The position numbers and the translations under genes were made by a program. 32,000 nucleotides of DNA from Desulfobulbus propionicus DSM 2032 (GTDB taxonomy: Bacteria; Desulfobacterota; Desulfobulbia; Desulfobulbales; Desulfobulbaceae): the NCBI RefSeq assembly GCF_000186885.1, contig NC_014972.1:2010001-2042000 (forward strand), read 5' to 3'. Position 1 is the first letter of the stretch. The number at the start of each line of letters is the position of its first letter. The notes beneath the pieces are model-generated. The model ran no database searches. It was not told the origin of the DNA and saw only the letters and a program-made list of their open reading frames with translations. Of the stretch, positions 1 through 7,793 are shown in pieces.

Positions 1-369
1 CTGATGCTGCCCCTGGCGCGTCCCAAGGTACTGATCGTGGTTGACGCCGAATTCGTGTCCGGACAGCCGCCCGGACAGGTGCGGCACTGCACGCCAAGGG
101 AGCTGGAACGGCGCAAGGTGGCTGATTTTTCCCTGCACCAGTTTCCCACGGTCAATCTCCTGGCCGAACTGGAAGAGGAGAGCGGCATCGAGGTGCTGTT
201 GCTGCTGGCCCAGGCGGCCTCCCTGCCTGACCACGTCGCTCCGGGACTGTCGCCTCCCATGCAGGCGGCCGTCGACACGGCCTGCGCGCGCCTGCTCGAC
301 CTTGTCGGCTTGCACACCGCTTGCCGACACCACAGTCCCGCAACCGTCCTGGAGGCCGCCGCGTCATGA
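1..369 (+). CDS. [NiFe]-hydrogenase maturation endopeptidase (HybD/HycI/FrhD family), C-terminal part; the 5' end lies outside the window
   Basis: The frame is open from the window edge to TGA 367-369. The translation ...KVLIVVDAEFVSGQPPGQV...FSLHQFPTVNLLAEL... carries the D-A/PG and S-x-H-Q blocks typical of hydrogenase C-terminal proteases. The stop overlaps the next start (ATGA at 366-369). Confidence 0.7.
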   Translation: MMLPLARPKVLIVVDAEFVSGQPPGQVRHCTPRELERRKVADFSLHQFPTVNLLAELEEESGIEVLLLLAQAASLPDHVAPGLSPPMQAAVDTACARLLDLVGLHTACRHHSPATVLEAAAS

Positions 370-1844
370 TCTATGAGGTCAAGGTCAATGATTTGGCCGA
401 AGAGTTCGGGGTCCATCGCAACACTATTCGCAACTGGATCAATTCCGGCGTCCTGCCGGCCCAGGAAGGACCGGGCCGGCGTTACCTGATCCAGTGGGAA
501 GATTACAAACGGCTGTGCGACAAGTACGGCCGCGAACCCCGCATCGCCCCCGATGCGGCAGCGGCCAGCGAACCGTCGCCCGCGCCGCGAACCAACGGCG
601 CGGTACCGGTGCCGGTCCGCCTGGAGGCAAAAACCAACCCGCTCTACACCTCGCCGATTTTGGCCGATGTCTGCCTCACCTGCGGTTCCTGCGCCGGCGC
701 CTGCCCGATCTCCGGCGTTGACGACCTCGATCCGCGCAAAATCATCCGCATGGCCTTCCTCGGCCTGGACGACGAACTGGTGGAAAGCGATTGGCCCTGG
801 AAATGCACCATGTGCGGCAAGTGCGAGGTGGTCTGCCCGATGAACGTCGAGATCGTCCAGCTGCTGCGCCGCATTCGCGCCCGCCGTTCCCGCGACAAAG
901 TGCCGCCAGCGATTCAAAAGGGGGTCATGACCTGCCTGGAGAAGGGCAACAACCTTGGCATTCCCAAGGACGATTTTCTGGCGTTGCTCAAGGAACTGGG
1001 CGAGGAACTCGCCGAGCGGTCATGCCCCGGCTTTGTCACCCCGGTGGATGTGCGCGGCGCGCGGTTGCTGGTGACCGTCAATTCCAAACAGCCCTTTGCC
1101 GAGCCCGACAGCCTTACCTGGTGGTGGAAGATCTTCCATGCCGCCGGCGAATCGTGGACCATCTCCTCCGAATATTGGGAGGGGGTCAACTGGGGGCTGC
1201 ATTCCGGCGATTACAGCGCCATGCGCACCATTGTCAAGCGGATCATCGACAATATCGAACGGCTCAACTGCAAGGCCCTGCTCCTGCCCGAGTGCGGCCA
1301 CGCCTACTACGCCACCCGCTACGCCCTGGAACGCTGGTTTCCCGAGTCGCTCCAGCAATTCAAAATCTACACCGTGTTTGACCTGCTGCTCGAATATCTC
1401 GACCAAGGCCGGATCACGCTCAATCCCAACATCCACACCCAGCTGGCGACCTTCCACGACTCCTGCAACTACGGCCGCAAGTCATTGAAAACCTTTGGCC
1501 ACGGGTATTTCGACGAGGCCCGGACCCTGACCCGCGCTTGCTGTCCCAACTACATCGACATGATCCCCGACCGCGAGGAAAATTACTGCTGCGGGGCCGG
1601 CGGCGGCGCCTGGGCCAGCCCGTTCTGGGCCGAGCGGGTCTATCATGGCCGGATCAAGGCCCGGCAAATCAGCGAGTCCGGAGCCAAGGTGGTGGTCACC
1701 GCCTGCCAGAACTGCCGCGACCAGCTGCAGACCTCGCTCAACCGCGAATTCAATCTCAACATCGACGTCCAATTTGTGTGGGAACTGGTGGCCAATTCCC
1801 TGATCACCCAACCCTCGGATGTCGTGGAGGGCCGCCATGCCTGA
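366..1844 (+). CDS. HdrD-like Fe-S/CCG-domain oxidoreductase fused to an N-terminal excisionase/MerR-type HTH domain (492 aa)
   Basis: ATG 366 is translationally coupled to the upstream stop. The N-terminus MIYEVKVNDLAEEFGVHRNTIRNWINSGVLPA...YLIQWEDYKRL looks like an HTH_17/excisionase-type DNA-binding domain. An Ala/Pro-rich linker follows. There are two CxxCxxCxxxCP motifs (CLTCGSCAGACP at 672-707, CTMCGKCEVVCP). Cys-rich CCG-type blocks (FHDSCNYGR, NYCCGAGGG, TACQNCRDQL) resemble HdrD/HdrB-like proteins. Codons are GC3-rich throughout, including the HTH part. Confidence 0.85.
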   Translation: MIYEVKVNDLAEEFGVHRNTIRNWINSGVLPAQEGPGRRYLIQWEDYKRLCDKYGREPRIAPDAAAASEPSPAPRTNGAVPVPVRLEAKTNPLYTSPILADVCLTCGSCAGACPISGVDDLDPRKIIRMAFLGLDDELVESDWPWKCTMCGKCEVVCPMNVEIVQLLRRIRARRSRDKVPPAIQKGVMTCLEKGNNLGIPKDDFLALLKELGEELAERSCPGFVTPVDVRGARLLVTVNSKQPFAEPDSLTWWWKIFHAAGESWTISSEYWEGVNWGLHSGDYSAMRTIVKRIIDNIERLNCKALLLPECGHAYYATRYALERWFPESLQQFKIYTVFDLLLEYLDQGRITLNPNIHTQLATFHDSCNYGRKSLKTFGHGYFDEARTLTRACCPNYIDMIPDREENYCCGAGGGAWASPFWAERVYHGRIKARQISESGAKVVVTACQNCRDQLQTSLNREFNLNIDVQFVWELVANSLITQPSDVVEGRHA

Positions 1845-4800
1845 GCAGACCATGATCGGTTCGGTGCTGGTGGTGGGCGGCGGCATCTCCGGGATGCAGG
1901 CGGCGCTCGACATGGCAGATTCGGGTTACTACGTCTACCTGGTGGAAAAGACCGGAGCCATTGGCGGGGCCATGCCTCAATACAACAAGGTCTTTCCCAC
2001 CAACGACTGCTCGATGTGCATCATCGCGCCCAAGCTGGTCGAGTGCGGCCGCCACCCCAACATCCGTATCATGACCCTGTCGACCGTGCTCGATGTCAAC
2101 GGCCGGGCCGGCAATTTCACCGTGCGGGTGCGCGAATATCCCCGCTACGTCGACACCGCCAAGTGCATCGCCTGCGGCCAGTGCAGCGGCAGCTGCCCGA
2201 AAAGCGTCGACGACTCCTTCAATGCCAACATCACCAAGCGCAAGGCGATCTACATCAAATACCCGCAGGCGGTGCCGCTCAAGTATCAGATCGATCCCCA
2301 GGCGTGCATCCATCTTAACAACGCGGAGAAATGCGGTCTCTGCGCCGAGATCTGCCCACCGGGAGCGATCAATTTCGCCGATCGCGAACGCGACCACGAG
2401 CTCCGGGTGGGCGCGGTGGTCATGGCGCTCGGCTTCCAGGTCTTTGATCCGTCCACGGCCAAGGTCTGGGGCTATGGGGTGTATCCCAACGTGATCACCT
2501 CGCTCCAGTTCGAGCGCTACCTGTCACCGGGCGGTCCCACCGAGGGCCTGCTCACCCGTCCCTCGGACCGCAAGCCAGTGAAGAAGATCGCCTTTCTCCA
2601 GTGCATCGGCAGCCGCGACAAGAACCGCTGCAACAACGAGTACTGCTCGGCGGTGTGCTGCATGTATGCGATCAAGGAGGCGATGACCGTCAAGGAGGCC
2701 AATCCCGAGCTTGAAGTGACCATTTTTTACATGGACATGCGCACCCCGGGCAAGGAGTTCGACCGCTACCTGGAACGGGCGCGCAACGAGTACGGGGTTC
2801 GTTTTGTCCGCTCCCGCATCCACGGGGTCGAACCCAAGGGGCGCAAGGGCGACCTGCGGCTGCATTACATCAGCGTTCAGGGCAAGCAGGTGGAAGAGGT
2901 GGTCGATCTGGTGGTGCTGTCGGTCGGCCTGGAAACCCCGGATTCGATGATCCGCCTGGCGGAAAAGATCGGCATTCACATGACGCCGGACCGCTTTGCC
3001 TCGATCTCGGCCTTCATGCCGGTACACACCTCCAAGCGGGGCGTGTTCACCTGCGGCGCCTTCAACGGCCCGCGCGACATTCCCCAATCGGTGATCGGCG
3101 GCTCGGCGGCGGCGGCCAGCGTCTCGGCCCTGCTGACTCCGGCGCGCCACACCCTGACTCGCACCCTGCCGCCGCCGATGGAACAGGATGTCAGCGGCGA
3201 GGCTCCTCGTATCGGCGTGTTCATCTGCCATTGCGGCACCAACATCGCCGGGGTGGTCGATGTCGAGGAGGTGGCCGCCTATGCTGCCTCCCTGCCGCAG
3301 GTGGTGCACGTGACGCGCAACCTGTTCACCTGTTCCCAGGACACCCAGGATCTGATGGTGCAACAGATCAGGGAAAAAGGCCTCAACCGGATCGTGGTCG
3401 CCGCCTGCACCCCCCGGACCCACGAACCGCTGTTCCGCAAGACCCTCAAGTCGGCCGGGATCAACGAATACCTGATCGAGATGGCCAACATCCGCAACCA
3501 AAACGCCTGGGTGCACAACCAGGAGCCGGACATGGCCACGGCCAAGGCCAAGGATCTGGTCCGCATGGCGGTGGCCAAGGTGACCAGCCAAACGGCCCGC
3601 AAGCCGCTGCGCATCCCCATCGCCCCGTCGGTGCTGATCATCGGCGGCGGCGTGGCCGGGATGACCGCGGCCCTCAACCTGGCCGACCAGGGATACCAGA
3701 TCCATCTGGTGGAAAAAACCACCCAGCTGGGCGGCAATGCCCTGCACCTGTTTCAGACCTGGAACGGTGAGCATGTGCCCCGGTTTTTGAAGGAGCTGAA
3801 AGAGCGGGTGCAGCAGCATCCGCTGATCGAGGTGGCCTACACCAGCACGGTGCTGGCGGTCAGCGGCCATGTGGGCAACTTCACCACCACCATCCGCACC
3901 GGTTCCAGCCGTAAACGGACCATCGAGCACGGGGCGGTGATCATCACCACCGGTGCCAAACGCTACATTCCTGAGGAATTCGAATACGGCAAGATCCCCA
4001 AGGTGGTGGCCTCGATCGAGTTCGACAAACTGCACATGCACAATGAGACCCGGGTGGCGGGCGGCAAGTCCTTTGTGTTTATCCAGTGCGTCGGTTCACG
4101 CAATGAGGAGCGGCCCTACTGCTCCAAATCGTGCTGCACCCACTCGATCCAGAGCGCCATCAAGCTGAAAAAAGAAGTCCCCTCGCGCCAGATCTACATT
4201 CTCTACCGCGAGATCCGCACCTACGGCCAGCGCGAGCGGATCTACAACCAGGCCCGGGAGCTGGGCATCGTCTTCATCAACTACGAGCTACACGGCCCAC
4301 CGCAGATCAAGAAGGCCGATAACGGCGTGCTGGTCGAGGTCTGGGACCATGTGCTCCACCGCCCCCTGGAGATCCGCGCCGATGTGGTCATCCTCGCGGC
4401 CGCCACCCTGGCCAGCCCGGAGGCCGCGGAACTGGCCAGCCTGTTCAAACTGCCGCTCAACAGCGACGGATTTTTCCAGGAGGCGCACGTCAAGCTGCGG
4501 CCGGTGGAGTTCAACGTCGACGGCGTGTTTGTCGCCGGTCTGGCCCACTATCCCAAGCCGCTGGAGGAGTCGATCTCCCAGGCCCTGGCGGCCGCCGCCA
4601 AGGCCGGCCGGCTGCTGGCCCGCAAGGAGATCAATCTGGAGCCCAATGTCGCCCTGGTGAATCCGATCCTCTGCGATGGCTGCGGCCTGTGCGTCGAGGT
4701 TTGCCCCTACCAGGCCATCACCCTGGCGGAATACCGCGATGAGAGCGGAGAACCGCGTAAAACCGTGCATATCGATCAGGTGTTGTGCAAAGGCTGCGGC

Positions 4801-4920
4801 ATCTGCCAGGGCACCTGTCCCAAACGGGGCGTGGATGTGGCCGGCTTCACCTATGCACAGATCGAGGCACAGATCGACGCGGCCCTGGAAATAGCCGAAC
4901 CGGCGGAGGAAGAGGCATGA
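1837..4920 (+). CDS. hdrA: HdrA-like FAD/Fe-S flavoprotein with tandem-duplicated flavoprotein core (about 1027 aa)
   Basis: There are two dinucleotide-binding motifs (VLVVGGGISGMQAALDMADSGY and VLIIGGGVAGMTAALNLADQGY). There are two QC(I/V)GSR blocks (FLQCIGSRDKNRC..., FIQCVGSRNEERPYC...). An HdrA N-domain-like block sits between them (GVFICHCGTNIAG...AACTPRTHE). An inserted ferredoxin (CIACGQCSGSCP...CGLCAEICP) and a C-terminal ferredoxin (CDGCGLCVEVCP...CKGCGICQGTCP) are present. The start is uncertain: ATG 1837 overlaps the upstream stop, and 1819 or 1852 are alternatives. Confidence 0.9.
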   Translation: MPEQTMIGSVLVVGGGISGMQAALDMADSGYYVYLVEKTGAIGGAMPQYNKVFPTNDCSMCIIAPKLVECGRHPNIRIMTLSTVLDVNGRAGNFTVRVREYPRYVDTAKCIACGQCSGSCPKSVDDSFNANITKRKAIYIKYPQAVPLKYQIDPQACIHLNNAEKCGLCAEICPPGAINFADRERDHELRVGAVVMALGFQVFDPSTAKVWGYGVYPNVITSLQFERYLSPGGPTEGLLTRPSDRKPVKKIAFLQCIGSRDKNRCNNEYCSAVCCMYAIKEAMTVKEANPELEVTIFYMDMRTPGKEFDRYLERARNEYGVRFVRSRIHGVEPKGRKGDLRLHYISVQGKQVEEVVDLVVLSVGLETPDSMIRLAEKIGIHMTPDRFASISAFMPVHTSKRGVFTCGAFNGPRDIPQSVIGGSAAAASVSALLTPARHTLTRTLPPPMEQDVSGEAPRIGVFICHCGTNIAGVVDVEEVAAYAASLPQVVHVTRNLFTCSQDTQDLMVQQIREKGLNRIVVAACTPRTHEPLFRKTLKSAGINEYLIEMANIRNQNAWVHNQEPDMATAKAKDLVRMAVAKVTSQTARKPLRIPIAPSVLIIGGGVAGMTAALNLADQGYQIHLVEKTTQLGGNALHLFQTWNGEHVPRFLKELKERVQQHPLIEVAYTSTVLAVSGHVGNFTTTIRTGSSRKRTIEHGAVIITTGAKRYIPEEFEYGKIPKVVASIEFDKLHMHNETRVAGGKSFVFIQCVGSRNEERPYCSKSCCTHSIQSAIKLKKEVPSRQIYILYREIRTYGQRERIYNQARELGIVFINYELHGPPQIKKADNGVLVEVWDHVLHRPLEIRADVVILAAATLASPEAAELASLFKLPLNSDGFFQEAHVKLRPVEFNVDGVFVAGLAHYPKPLEESISQALAAAAKAGRLLARKEINLEPNVALVNPILCDGCGLCVEVCPYQAITLAEYRDESGEPRKTVHIDQVLCKGCGICQGTCPKRGVDVAGFTYAQIEAQIDAALEIAEPAEEEA

Positions 4921-5339
4921 GCGGGCAAGCCAAGATCATTGCCTTCTGTTGCAACTGGTGTTCCTATGCCGCGGCCGACCTGGCCGGCATCTCCCGATTG
5001 CAGTATCCGGGCTCGATCCGCATCATCCGCGTGATGTGCTCGGGCATGGTCCATCCGGAGATGGTCCTCCATGCTCTCAACCGGGGGGCCGAAGGGGTGA
5101 TGATCATCGGCTGCCATCTGGGTGAATGCCACTATATCCGGGGCAACGAGATGGCCCTGGCCCGAGCCGAGGTGATTGCCGATACTCTTGAGGATTTGGG
5201 CTACGAGAGCGAACGGTTCCAGCTCACCTGGGTTTCCTCGGCGGAACCCGAACGGCTGGCCGACGCCTTCCGTTCCATGAGCGCCCGCCTCGCCGTTCTG
5301 CGAGGCGAGACGCCGGCCGAAACCGAGGCCGGCGAGTAG
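4917..5339 (+). CDS. mvhD: Methyl-viologen-reducing hydrogenase delta subunit (MvhD)
   Basis: ATG 4917 overlaps the hdrA stop (ATGA). The translation MSGQAKIIAFCCNWCSYAAADLAG...YPGSIRIIRVMCSGMVHPEMVLHAL..GAEGVMIIGCHLGECHYIRGN matches the MvhD Cys pattern. Confidence 0.9.
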   Translation: MSGQAKIIAFCCNWCSYAAADLAGISRLQYPGSIRIIRVMCSGMVHPEMVLHALNRGAEGVMIIGCHLGECHYIRGNEMALARAEVIADTLEDLGYESERFQLTWVSSAEPERLADAFRSMSARLAVLRGETPAETEAGE

Positions 5340-5346
5340 GGGAGTC

Positions 5347-6273
5347 ATGCGGCCCCGGCTCAGTTTCGAATGGCTCCATGCCTGCTGCGGCTGCGAAATT
5401 GCCCTGCTCAACAGCGGCGAGTCGCTGCTGCGCCTGCTGGAGCGGGTGGAGATCGTTCATTTTCCCCTGCTGATGGACCACAAATACCACTCCAGGGGCG
5501 AGACCTTCGACCTGCCCGAGGCCGAGATCGGCGTGGTCTCCGGCGGGGTGGCCGACAGGGCGCAGCTGGCGATGCTGAAAACCATGCGTGCCCGCTGCCA
5601 CACCTTGATTGGACTGGGCACCTGCGCCACCCACGGCGGTATTCCCGCCCTGCGCAACCAGTGGAGCGTCGAAACCACCTTGGACACGGTCTATGGACAG
5701 AGTGCGGGCGAACAAGGACTGGTGCCGGCTGCGCTCGCCGCCCCCTTGGATCGGGTCTACAGCGTGGACGAACAGGTGCGGCTCGACCTCTGCCTGCCCG
5801 GCTGTCCACCCCGGCCGGAAACGATCGTGGAGGCGATCGTCGCCCTGATTGACCACAACTCGCCGCGCCTGCCGCGCAAGAGCGTGTGCGAGACCTGCCC
5901 CGCCCAGCGGCAGGGCAAGGGGGCGGAACGGCTGCGCCGTTTTCTCGACAATGCCGATCATGGGGCGGATGAACCTGTCGAGCGAATGCGCTGCCTACTC
6001 GAACAGGGATTGCTGTGCATGGGACCGGTCACCGCCGGCGGCTGCGGCGGCCAGGAGGCGCCACTATGCATCCAGGCACGGGTGCCCTGCCGGGGCTGCT
6101 ACGGTCCGGTGCGGACGGACGGCAACCCCCTGCTGGACATGCTGGGTGCCCTGGCGAGCAACGGTATCGAGTATCGCGGCCTGGTTGACCGCAAGTCGCT
6201 GCTGCGCTTCAGCGGCGCCCACGGCCTGCTCAAGCCGCAACGCCGGCCGAATCTCCACGACCAAGGAAAATAG
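5347..6273 (+). CDS. mvhG: [NiFe] hydrogenase small subunit, group 3c (MvhG-like)
   Basis: A GGGGAG RBS precedes ATG 5347. Proximal-cluster motifs are HACCGCEIALL, GLGTCATHGGIPAL and LPGCPPRPE. The C-terminal Cys-rich ferredoxin-like part is CETCP...CMGPVTAGGCGG...CRGCYGP. Confidence 0.9.
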   Translation: MRPRLSFEWLHACCGCEIALLNSGESLLRLLERVEIVHFPLLMDHKYHSRGETFDLPEAEIGVVSGGVADRAQLAMLKTMRARCHTLIGLGTCATHGGIPALRNQWSVETTLDTVYGQSAGEQGLVPAALAAPLDRVYSVDEQVRLDLCLPGCPPRPETIVEAIVALIDHNSPRLPRKSVCETCPAQRQGKGAERLRRFLDNADHGADEPVERMRCLLEQGLLCMGPVTAGGCGGQEAPLCIQARVPCRGCYGPVRTDGNPLLDMLGALASNGIEYRGLVDRKSLLRFSGAHGLLKPQRRPNLHDQGK

Positions 6274-6302
6274 GGCGACGCGTGCGCCTCACAGGGAGCG
6301 GT

Positions 6303-7748
6303 ATGTCACAGGTCATCAGCATCCATCCGGTCACCCGCATCGAAGGCCATGCCCGGGTCGATATCCACCTCGACGAGGTGGGTCGGGTGCGCGACGCCCG
6401 GGTGGCCATCGCCGCCCTGCGCGGGTTCGAACAGTTCGTCATCGGTCGGCCGGCCGAGGAAATTCCCCGGATCGTCAGTCGAATTTGCGGCATCTGTCCG
6501 TGGATGCACCATCTGGCCGCGGTCAAGGCCGTGGATGGCTGCTTTGCCGCCTCGGTACCGCCCGCCGGTCACCTATTGCGCGAACTTTGCCAGATATTGG
6601 CGCATATCCACGACAAAATCCTTCATTTCTTTTTTCTCGCCGCCCCGGACTTCGTGCTTGGACCCGGGGGCGACTACGCCGTGCGCAACATCATGGGTCT
6701 GGTCAAACAGGAACCGGAACTGGCGGCACGGGTGGTGTGCATGCGCCAGCTGGCCACGGCCATGCTGGCCCGTTTCGCCGGCAAGGATATCCATCCGGTG
6801 GCCGGCGTGGTGGGTGGCTTCTCCAAACCGATGCGCAAGGAGGAACAAGCGGCGATGCGGGCCGATGGCCAGCACCTGCTCGATTTCGCCTCCTTTGCCC
6901 TCGATTTCGCCAAGACCAGGGTATTCGCCCGCTTTCAGGAGGAATTGCAGTCTCTGGGCACGATCACCACCGGTTTTCTTGGCACGGTCGATGACCAGGG
7001 CAGCCTGCGACTCTACGACGGCAATCTGCGGCTGATGCGGGCCGATGGCCGCAGTGTCGATTTCCCGGTCAGCGATTATGAGCGGTTTCTTGCCGAACAT
7101 GTCGAATCCTGGTCCTCGGCCAAAATGGTCTATGCCAAGTGCTGGGGCGAGGGCTTTCGCCTCGACCCAAAGGCGCCCCAGGGGATTTACCGGGTCAATA
7201 CCCTGGCCCGGCTCAATGTCTGCGACCAGATCGCCACCCCCCGTGCCCAAGCCGAGTTGGAGGCATTCCGTGAACGCTTCGGCCGCCCGGCCCAGGGAAC
7301 CCTGCTCTATCACTGGGCGCGATTGATCGAACTGGTCCACGCCTGTGAACGGGCCTTGGAACTGCTGGCGGACGACCGGATCACCGCCCCCCAGGCGCGC
7401 CTGCCGGCGCAGCCCGCAGCGGGCAGGGGAATCGGCCATGTCGAGGCGCCGCGCGGCACCCTGATCCACGACTACACCACCGATGACAACGGCTGCATCA
7501 CCCGGGCCAATCTCATTGTCGGCACCACCCACAACATCGCGCCGATGAACCTGAGCGTGCACCAGGCCGCAGCCCGCCTGATCGCCGACGGTGAGGTGGA
7601 CGAGGAGATCCTCAACCGGATCGAGATGGCCATCCGGGCCTACGACCCGTGAATTTCCTGCGCCACGCACCGCCTGGATGGCGGGCTGCCACTGACTGTA
7701 ACCCTGGTTGACCATCACGGCGCGCCGGTCCGTTTCCTGCGGCGCTAA
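6303..7748 (+). CDS. mvhA: [NiFeSe] hydrogenase large subunit, group 3c (MvhA/VhuA-like), with in-frame UGA (7650-7652) read as selenocysteine U450; 481 aa
   Basis: A GGGAG RBS precedes ATG 6303. The N-terminus has ISIHPVTRIEGH and the RICGICPWMH ligand motif (6480-6509). The tracked ORF ends ...AIRAYDP at TGA 7650-7652. The same frame continues ISCATHRLDGGLPLTVTLVDHHGAPVRFLRR to TAA 7746-7748, which gives the canonical DP-(C/U)-xx-C-xx-H C-terminal Ni ligand motif plus a protease-cleavable tail. Confidence 0.8.
7659..7691 (+). promoter_or_regulatory. Candidate bacterial SECIS-like stem-loop downstream of the UGA
   Basis: The core is CCGCC(7670-7674)-UGGAU-GGCGG(7680-7684). It can be extended outward with single-nucleotide bulges to about 7659/7691. 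The upper stem starts roughly 16-18 nt 3' of the UGA. Folded by eye only. Confidence 0.4.
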
Positions 7749-7763
7749 CAAATGACCATCCTC

Positions 7764-7781
7764 GCGGGCCGCATGGCCCGC
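7764..7781 (+). other. Perfect GC-rich stem-loop (GCGGGCC-GCAT-GGCCCGC) 16 nt after the extended mvhA stop; intercistronic stabiliser or weak terminator
   Basis: A 7-bp perfect inverted repeat with a 4-nt loop, read directly from the sequence. No U-tract follows. Confidence 0.45.
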
Positions 7782-7793
7782 CCTTGGTACCCT

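Noticed and set aside
2524-4041. Long antisense or alternative-frame ORFs. Examples are 2524-4041(-), 6573-8030(-), 10573-12603(-), 14751-16964(-), 16796-18481(-), 18494-19807(-), 23919-25067(-), 29650-31056(-) and 5849-6994(+).
   Set aside because: Each lies entirely opposite or out of frame to a gene with clear family motifs. Their translations are Arg/Gly/Ala/Pro-rich low-complexity strings, typical of stop-codon-poor frames in GC-rich DNA. None has an RBS or a recognisable domain.
7752-7793. ATG 7752 as the start of the small Cys-rich ORF
   Set aside because: It would begin 4 nt after the extended mvhA stop and place the perfect 7-bp GC hairpin (7764-7781) inside the first codons. I consider ATG 7794 or 7806 more likely, although none of the three has a strong RBS.
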